Shown: piece after piece, positions 51,891 to 64,000 of the stretch
Numbering within the stretch: the first letter of the stretch is position 1
Layout: each line of letters opens with the position of its first letter
NCBI RefSeq assembly: GCF_036321535.1
Contig: NC_087437.1
Location: forward strand, 65,722,001 to 65,786,000
Origin: Camelus dromedarius
Lineage: Eukaryota
Direction of reading: 5' to 3'
DNA length: 64,000 nt
Position numbers and translations under genes: made by a program
Notes under the pieces: generated by a model
What the model saw: the letters and a program-made list of their open reading frames with translations, nothing else
The model's database searches: none
What the model was told of the DNA's origin: nothing

Positions 51891-54245
51891 GTAACACCAA
51901 CACCAACAAACTGTATGATCATCCTGTATATACATAACATGATTCAAGGCACTGTAGGACCCAGCACCAGCCTTCATTTCCAGATTAATTTCTCAGACTT
52001 ATTTACATTAGGTAGGTGATAATGTACTTTTGTGTGATGGGAAACATCAGTTGATTGTTGAAACTGGGTTATGTACTAGACCTATGTGCTTTGCAACTGG
52101 AATAGGAAAGGTAGAAGGACACGATGCTCTTTCTGAAGAGATGCCAAGGTACTTGGTTCCTTCCCTTGAGGGCACAACAGAATTAGTCCATTACTTTAGC
52201 TCTTCAAAGAAAGTAAAATTTCATGACTCTTACCCCTTCTCAACCCATTTGGCTTTACATGTTTCATAAATACCTGTACTTATCTTGTTTACAGTTTATT
52301 TTACCTTCATAATATAAAAAGCCAGCAGAAGAAAACAGTGAATTTAGTGTTATAGTTCCACTTCCTTTCTGAAAATATTCCTCATTTCTCCAAGAGACTT
52401 CTGGATTTTAAATAAAAAACAAAAAACAAAGTGATACTAGCCTAGCTCTGCTAGAGATAACACATGTGAAATAGCTTTGGTAGAAACAAAATGCTGAATT
52501 AATAGAAGATGGAATTATACCAATTCCTAAATTCTAAAGATTTTCATATCTGTGTTTTGATTGCCATTTCTTACTTTTTTTAAAACTCAGGAATAAGGAG
52601 AACAAGAAAGTATATATGTAAGTCTTTCTACTGTGGTCCTGGCTGGGAATCTAGGCATAGAGCCAACTGATAGAAAATAAACTGCTCTTCCCAATCTTGT
52701 TCCCATTCAGCATCTAATTCTCTCAAAACAACATCAAAAAGAGTTATGAAATACTCGATTATTTCTTCTTCAGTCATTGAGATTAGAAATGAAGTACCTT
52801 GGCAAGATAGGAAAAGAAAAACCTAATTAGTGTTTATGCTGTGGTTCATTATAAATCCTAAACCTGCACCTATAAGAATTCCTCAGTTAAAATATCCCTC
52901 ACCCGGTTTGAATGGCTATAGCACATCAGAAGACTTTTTGTTGTAGTTGTTGTTTTGTTATTATTATTTGGCCTCATTTTAAAATGTATTACCTACTTCT
53001 TACATCCATAAAATATCAGAGCAGAAAGGAAACACTGATGATCCTACCACAATCCTCTCATTATTGACAGCTGAGAAACTGGCCCAGAAAGATTACATCA
53101 GATAATGGTGTCACAGTGCAAGTGTCTAGTTAACTGGAACTAGGACTAGAACGTCTCCTGACTTCCAGGCTATGCCAAATTGGATATTTTCTTTTTATCG
53201 CTTAAATTGGCACCTTAACATCCTTAAGGTGTTTTGGGAAAAGGGGGCAACTAAATAAGAAAAGGCTTCAACTTCAAGGGCAGATAGAATGAAAGGAGTT
53301 TTCCACTAGATACAAGGCCAGGATACAAGTGAGAGGAGAAAAAAAGTTTCATTTAAAGCCACAGGTAACCTCCCATGCTGACTCCCAGAGGTGGAAAAAT
53401 GGTTTCTTGGTTAGGGAAATATCTTGGTAGGCCCTTCGGATATGATAGGATCTTTTAAGGTCCTACTTGAAATAGAAAAAAAAAAATTAAAAACTAAGTT
53501 ATTTTCTCTAATACATTTATAATTTTCCAAGGCCTTTGGGGGGGGGGGGTGATAAGAGAAGGAAAAAGGAAGCTGAAATTTTAGCAAGGAAGGCAGGACT
53601 CTACTTGGGATGACACATGTGAGAATGGCGAAGACACTGTTTAAGAACAAGGATGTATGCGATCCACTTATATTCCTTAACTATTCAATGCTGAGACAAA
53701 AACCGCTCTCATTGCCCATCCCCCTGCCCATGACTGCAGAAAGTTCCATGAAGATCTGCTACACAGACTTGTGTGGATGGTACTGTGAGAGTCAGTACAG
53801 GTGGTGCAGACGAGAGGGGAAGAAGCCAGGGAAGCAGGAAGGTTTCCTGAAATAAGGAGAACTTGGCCAGTGTAATGGCTAGGATACCAAATGAAAACAT
53901 TTCAAGGAAAGGACTGGTTGACAGCATCAAATACTGAAGAGTAGCCAAAGAGACTGAGAAATAAAGGACTGCTGGTTGGATAATTAGGACGGGAGAAAGC
54001 TGTTTCAGTATAGTAACAGGGCATAACCTAGACTGCAAGAGGGAGATGACAGAAATATGCAACTAGTCTATACGAGTCTTTAAGAAGTTGGTAAGATAAT
54101 GTATAGGAAAAACATAACCGTAGCTTTAAGAAGCAGAACATGCAAGTTAGATTCAAGAAAAAAAATAGCAAGAAACACGTAACCATTGAAATAAAGAGCC
54201 AACAGTTCACCTACAACTGCTTTAAAACTTAACATCTGATCACTA

Positions 54246-54251
54246 TTTATT
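54246..54251 (-). terminator. Candidate distal poly(A) signal AATAAA
   Basis: tttatt on + strand, followed on the minus strand by GU-rich gttgtaggtgaactgttggctcttt. Confidence 0.55.
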
Positions 54252-54459
54252 TAAATGAAATTCTAAACTATGAATATTTAGAAAACAATGTTTAAAAGTT
54301 GAATAGCTCCATGTGCACAAGGTACGTACATTAAGTCATTCTTAAGGCAACTTAGTGCCAGAAAAAGGTTAGACTACACACAACTGCATCTATTACTTGA
54401 AACATGACCAGTAAGAGAAAAAAATTCTGAAACTTTTTTTAAATGGGAAGAGTGTTCAT

Positions 54460-54465
54460 TTTAAT
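54460..54465 (-). terminator. Candidate proximal poly(A) signal ATTAAA
   Basis: tttaat on + strand. Eight UGUA motifs lie within about 220 nt upstream on the minus strand, a CA lies about 16 nt downstream, and a U-rich tract follows near 54418-54424. Confidence 0.6.
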
Positions 54466-55808
54466 TATGCTCCAAGATGTTACAGAGCTAGAAATTAACA
54501 AATTTCAGTAAATACAAAATAGATTTACTGTCAATATTCTGTCATTAATACAACTCAGGTAAATAAAACATTACTTCACACAAGGCTCAGATGCTCCAAA
54601 ATCTATTCTAACTTTATACATGTACTACAAAATGATAAATACTTAAAAATTACAATGCCATGGAAAATATTACAAAAAATACAATTGTTATAGACCCTTG
54701 TATGAAAGTTCTGCCTTAGGGAATAATACCATGCTACACGTCAGAACCAAAAAGAAACTATTTTCCTTGAGGTTACAGTGCTCAACAACATACTGGATAC
54801 ACTCTAAAATACCATGCCTGACAAGAATCAAAAGAGAGACAAACGCCTTCAATGAGGTTGAAAGAAGAAAAAAGAGAAAAGTAATCAATTGTTATATGCT
54901 AATTTCTGCTGGAATGGCCTGTTTAAACAATTTATAGCACTGTAGAAGAACGGAAAAAGAAGGGTACCAATCTCAGCTTTATATGAAGGATTTTCCAAAT
55001 CAGCACAAACTCCGGCTATTCTAAAAGGTACTATTCCTCATGCTCTCCCCTCTTCAATCTTTTATGTGGACTCCTTATTCTATGTCCATGTTTCTTCTCT
55101 AATTTCTTCCTAAAGGCTTACCAAACACACTTTCTGTTTTCTATTATCCAACATACAAACCAAAAGACATTAAGCAAAACAACAGAATCTGTCAGTCAAG
55201 TCAGTTCTAAAGACACAAATTTTAGTTTAGATATTGATCATGAGATTTAGGCACAGCCATCCCTCTTCCACACACTCTCACCTCCCCCTGCATATTGACT
55301 CCATCCTCAATTGTAGGGCAACATAAAGCTTTAAGATTTTTTTCTCCTCATCAATGACTTGCCTGTTACCAAGCTGCTCGGTAGGCAGCAATGCCAGTTG
55401 TTTTGAATGCGTGGTCAGAACAGACAAAAAGGACGTGATCAGTGAATTACTGTAACCTACCACAGTGGGCTTCTACAGGCGGACTAGAAGAATTGACCTT
55501 ATAGACTTCTCACACTCATTTCAGAAGGGAGAAAAATGTGTCTTAAAAAGGAAAGGAAAAGATGAGATAAGGAAATACAGCAAAATATTAATACTGTAGT
55601 AATAGGGAAGGGAATGCTTATAGCCAACCTACCTTGTAAGGAAGTTTCTGGCATAAAAATCAACACTTTCTCTCCCGTTATTCTTTGCACAAGATTAACA
55701 GTTGCTTTACACCAAGAGGGGCAGAAAGCCACTTAAATACTTTTCTTCAAAGGTAGAGAAAATCTTTTTGAAATGAGCATTAGAGAAATGAGGAAAGGTA
55801 GGGAAAGC

Positions 55809-56255
<447 letters not shown>

Positions 56256-56451
56256 TCAATATCCTTTAATATAAAAGGCACTCCTTTATAACTTATAAAA
56301 TATATAATATTTTAATATATTATATTCAAATAAAGGATAATATTGTAAAATAACACAGACTTCACTGGTTCCATTTTTTGAGCGAGTGTCCATAAGATAT
56401 TCAAAATGTTTCTCACCCACTGGAACTTAAGCAGCATAATGGTTTTAGGTA

Positions 56452-56628
56452 CAGTTGATTCTTGAACAACGTGGCTTTAAACTGGGTCCACTTATACAAG
56501 GATTTTTTCTCCCTGTAGTAAATACTACAATACTACATGATCCATGGTTGGTTGAACCCGTGGATGTGGAGGAAACACAGATATGAGTTACACTCAGATT
56601 AACCCCTGCAATGTTCAAGGGTCAACTG
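56452..56628. mobile_element. Tigger2/MER8-like Tc1-mariner MITE inserted in a MIR
   Basis: Terminal inverted repeats cagttgattcttgaaca / tgttcaagggtcaactg with TA TSD on both sides (56450-56451, 56629-56630). MIR halves at about 56430-56449 and 56631-56820. Confidence 0.9.
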
Positions 56629-56849
56629 TACATGGGTTTTAAGAGAAATAAAGCTCAGATTTGAATCCTGGTTCTTCCACAAGCAAGCTGTAACACTTTG
56701 GGCAAGTTATTTAGTCTCTAAACTTCTGTTTACTTTTACTGTAAATGAGGTGATAAAAGCATCTACCTTCTAGGGCTCTGGATATGAAATAATCTCTATG
56801 AAGGACCAAGTCTGTAGCTGGTATAAAAGGAAATCAAAACAGGGCTCCT

Positions 56850-57362
56850 TACCTTGCTCAGAGTAAAAACCAAAAGCCTTACAATGGCCTATAAAGTCCT
56901 ACACCATCTGGAACTCCTCCTGCCCACCTACTTATCTCTTCTCCTTCCCCTTGCTCATTCTGCTCCAGCCACTGTGACCTCCACGGTATTGTTTGTACAC
57001 ACCAAACACACCCCACACACCCCTACCTCAAGGCCTTTGCACTGCCTGTTTCCTTTGCCTGGGATATTTTTCCTCTAGATATCCATACAGATAACTCCTT
57101 TGTAACTTTCACATCTTTACTCCAGTTTCACCTTCTTTTAATTCACCCCCACCCATGTAATCTCAATGTTCTATTTTCCCCCCATAGCATTTACTTTCTA
57201 ACATAATAATTTATGTCTATTTTCTTTGCCACCTACATTCCACAGATGTAGGTTCTCCACAACAGATATTTCTTTTTTTATTCAGTGATATAATATAGCC
57301 CATGTACACAGAATAGTGCCTATCACTTATTAGATACTGAATAAATATTTGATGAATAAATG
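56850..57362 (+). mobile_element. L2a 3' end (intronic, antisense to GTF2E1)
   Basis: ctcagagtaaaaaccaaaagccttacaatggcctataaag...cctcaaggcctttgcact...aataaatatttgatgaataaatg. Confidence 0.88.
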
Positions 57363-57564
57363 GCAGTTTTATTTTCCTGAAGCAAACAAGTGTACTTTGA
57401 ACTCTTTATAAAAAGAAATCCAGTATCAGAATTGAAACTTCTTCCACCCCATACCTCCTATCATTGTATGCATATATTACAGATGACGATTTTAAGAAAA
57501 ACATTTGTAATTGGTATTCTGAAAATAATACCAAACATAATGCCATTTAAAATACATAAAAGAA

Positions 57565-57780
57565 TTAAAAGTTTTGATTGAAACCTGACTCCTTGATTCA
57601 AATCCTGACTCTGACATTTATTTAGCTGTATGATTTTGGCTAAGTTACTTCATCTTTTTCTGCTTCAATTTTCTCAAGTACAAAAAAGGGGGAAAAGTAG
57701 TATCTATCTCACTGGATTTCTGTGGGGATTTAGTGAGTGTCTGTGAAGGCATGGCACTTAGATTAGTGTTATCTATTATC
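57565..57780 (+). mobile_element. MIR
   Basis: ttcaaatcctgactctgacatttatttagctgtatgattttggctaagttactt. Confidence 0.75.
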
Positions 57781-58429
57781 ATCAAGAGAAGACCCAGAAA
57801 TGACCAATTTGGCCATGGATGAAGTGAAAGCATCCTCTCATTAATTCATCAGAATGAATCAGCTGTAACCTGGGACATTTTATAAAGTATAGAACTCCTA
57901 AGATGAGATATTTGGCAGATAAGAGAGAGAAAGGGAAACAGGAACTGAGAAGTTAAAAGTTTAGGTCAGAAACAATAGGCTTTTGATAACATGAATGTAA
58001 AAATGAGGATTAAAATAAAATCAACCATTTAAAAACACTGCCAAAGGCTCAACCTCCTTAGAGCCCTTAGTGTCAATGTCATATTTCAAGAGGAAAAAAA
58101 AAAGACAAGGAATGCAGACAAGACTCTAAGGCTTATATGCTTCTAAAAGAATTTTCCAAATAGCTTAATATTACCAATATAGTATTTTGATTAATGTCTA
58201 AAGTAAATATAAAATTAGGGGAAAAGCAATTTAGTTTTGTAAACTGAATGAAATCATCATATCTGAAAGATTTCTGACGGGTCTTGAGAAGTCTGGGGTA
58301 AAAAGGAACTGTTCTGTTATAGATGAAGACAGAAAACAAAAAATAAGGATAAATGAACAAATCTCTAGATGGCAAAGTAGAAACACTAGTTCTAGGAACA
58401 GTCTTATTTAATAGAGTTATAAATTACAA

Positions 58430-59240
58430 AGAAGATGCATAATGGGAAATTGTCAAGCTCACTGATGATGCTAAGCAATTCTGGGTGCTTAAAGGCCAAA
58501 CTGATAGCAAAAATATATAGAAAAGCTGAAGGTCATGTAAGTGGGCAGAAAAGTGGCAGATCTTATTCAATGCTGGCAAGTGTAACCTGCCTATAGAAAA
58601 ATAATCTAAAATATACTGAAAAACCTGATCTAAGCTATCAGCTGAAGGGCAGGAGAGAGTCTGAAGAAAATCCCTGCACATATTTCTTAAGTTGTTGGTC
58701 TTAATTATACTTGCAGAAAGAAAGCAACAGAGAAAGCATCAGGTGGAAAACAGAAGAATATCTGAAATAAAACTCAAATCATTAATGATAAATCCATGCA
58801 TGAATAACACTCATTGTTCTGGTCACTAGGTCTTAAGTAAAGTATATTATGAATGGAGATGGTCCAGTAAAAGACAATGAAAATAAGACAAAAATTGTAG
58901 GTGGAGATGGCTTAGGGGAAGAGAACTATTTGCAAGGAAAGTAGAATCAAAAGGAATTAGAACTTTCAGTGTAGTAATGAGGACATGATTGAAGTCTATA
59001 AAATTCTGAAAGATACTAAAATAGTTTGAAGTCTGAGGAAAATTAAGTGTAGGGCAAATATGACTCACTTCACACATGCACTGGATAAAGCCTATTCAAC
59101 TATCATAAAACGCAAAAGAGATAAATTTAGACATAACAGCATATTCTACTTTATATAGAAGGAAACATTCATAAAACAGAATTGAGTAGACTAGATGACT
59201 TATTTAAAGCCCTAATAATTCAAATTCTATCATTCTAGAA
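58430..59240 (+). mobile_element. CR1-clade LINE 3' fossil (L3/Plat_L3/CR1_Mam-like)
   Basis: 58443-58586 translates WEIVKLTDDAKQFWVLKGQTD...KWAEKWQILFNAGKC with two in-frame stops; 58982 onward translates DMIEVYKIL. The 3' end attctatcattcta resembles the CR1 octamer tail. Confidence 0.8.
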
Positions 59241-60504
59241 ACTGTAAACATTGAATGTTAAGCTTATGAGCCTAATTGTATATAATATTGGCTAATAATA
59301 GTTTTATTTTATTCGATTTTATTCCTAAGTTAATAGAAAAAAACACTTCGTTGCTTCAAGAACAGGAAAGAAGCCAAACTGGGGAAAACAAGCCTATTAA
59401 ATAGCTGATAGCCTAACTACTAGGTAATCTGAAACAACTTGAATCAAAATAACTAAATATCACAGCCATGCTAATCAGTGGGAAGGAGGGGAGAGCGAAG
59501 TATGGTTGCCAAGGAAAAGTTCTTTTCTGACTAGAATTAAAACACCAAAGAGAATCACACTAGAAGTAGTACCTGCTTTTATCATTGCTACCCAACTCCA
59601 CACTACTTTCACAGTTCTTAGCATACACAGTAAAGAAATGCTAATAATGAGGGGAAAGAGGTTAGAAGTAAGGCTAAAAGACAAGTAGTTTTCAGTTATT
59701 GATGATTCTTTAGCATTAAAGAACCATACTCAGGAATGATACACAATCTAGGAACAGGGGTGCATAGATTCTAATGCGGATGAAATCTAACCAGAGGTAC
59801 AGACTCCTTGTTCCACTGTTTCCCAGTTTCGGAGTAATCTTTGTCCAGTTTTAGCCCTCCATTTTCTATATAGTCCTAAACCATTATCACCCAAAGTCTT
59901 TGTATCCAGTAATTTGAGACTAAAATTTAAAAAGTAAAATCATGCAGTTCTCAAACTTCTGATTATTATGCAATTCGTAACCTCTTAACCCTCAGGGCTC
60001 AGAGATTTCTAAAATCTTCTAGTATAAAGTTCTACCAGTCTTCTTGGATAGTGAGAATCCTTGTCCTCTACTCATGTGGTTTCTTTCTATATATTTCAAG
60101 TAGCACAAACCCCTTGGTATTTATGAGGAGACAACATAAGAAGTTTGGACTAGTATATAGCTATCGCTCCTAATTCAAAGAAATAAAAATGCACATAAGT
60201 CAGGGCAACAGAAGGTTAAAGAAGAGGTGAATTTGGCCTCTTTGAACACAACAACACTTTTTCAAGAAATTAAGATCAAGAAATGACAGTTATTCAAGTC
60301 TAAAAACAGAGATTTAAAAAGCTATCTGTTATTTCAACTAAGTTGAGGATAATACAAGTATACTGGTTGGTTTTATTGCTTATTGCTCCGTTTCTTACTT
60401 CCGGCTATAATGCAATTGTTTTGTAAAACAGATACACTGGATTTCCAATAAAACTAAGAACTGCCCAGGCAATTTTCTACTGAACCCAAGACATATTCAT
60501 TTTA

Positions 60505-64000
<3,496 letters not shown>

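Larger units (their letters stand above)
54225..55808 (-). other. GTF2E1: GTF2E1 3'UTR (ends near 54443 or near 54225)
   Basis: Repeat-poor, AU-rich sequence after the stop codon, ending at candidate poly(A) signals. Confidence 0.75.

Overview
This is mammalian genomic DNA: AT-rich, CpG-depleted and repeat-dense. It is most likely camelid, judged from three vic-1-like tRNA-derived SINEs; I saw no primate, rodent or ruminant SINEs. The only protein-coding content I can support is the 3' end of GTF2E1 (TFIIE alpha) on the minus strand: the penultimate exon (60522-60763), the last coding exon (55809-56233) and a 3'UTR of about 1.35-1.6 kb with two candidate poly(A) sites. Upstream exons lie beyond base 64000. 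Bases 1 to about 54200 are downstream intergenic sequence made of fossil L1, L2, CR1/L3, MIR, MaLR/ERVL LTRs, hAT and Tigger MITEs, and microsatellites, often nested. I found no support for a new biological system. The most notable observations are a CR1 fossil with readable RT motifs inside a GTF2E1 intron, an ERVL LTR split by a block bounded by inverted L2 tails, L2 fold-back structures, a doubly deleted nested L1, and candidate CTCF and ARE motifs. Repeat subfamily names come from remembered consensus sequences, not a database search. Repeat boundaries are approximate unless terminal repeats or target-site duplications (TSDs) are quoted.
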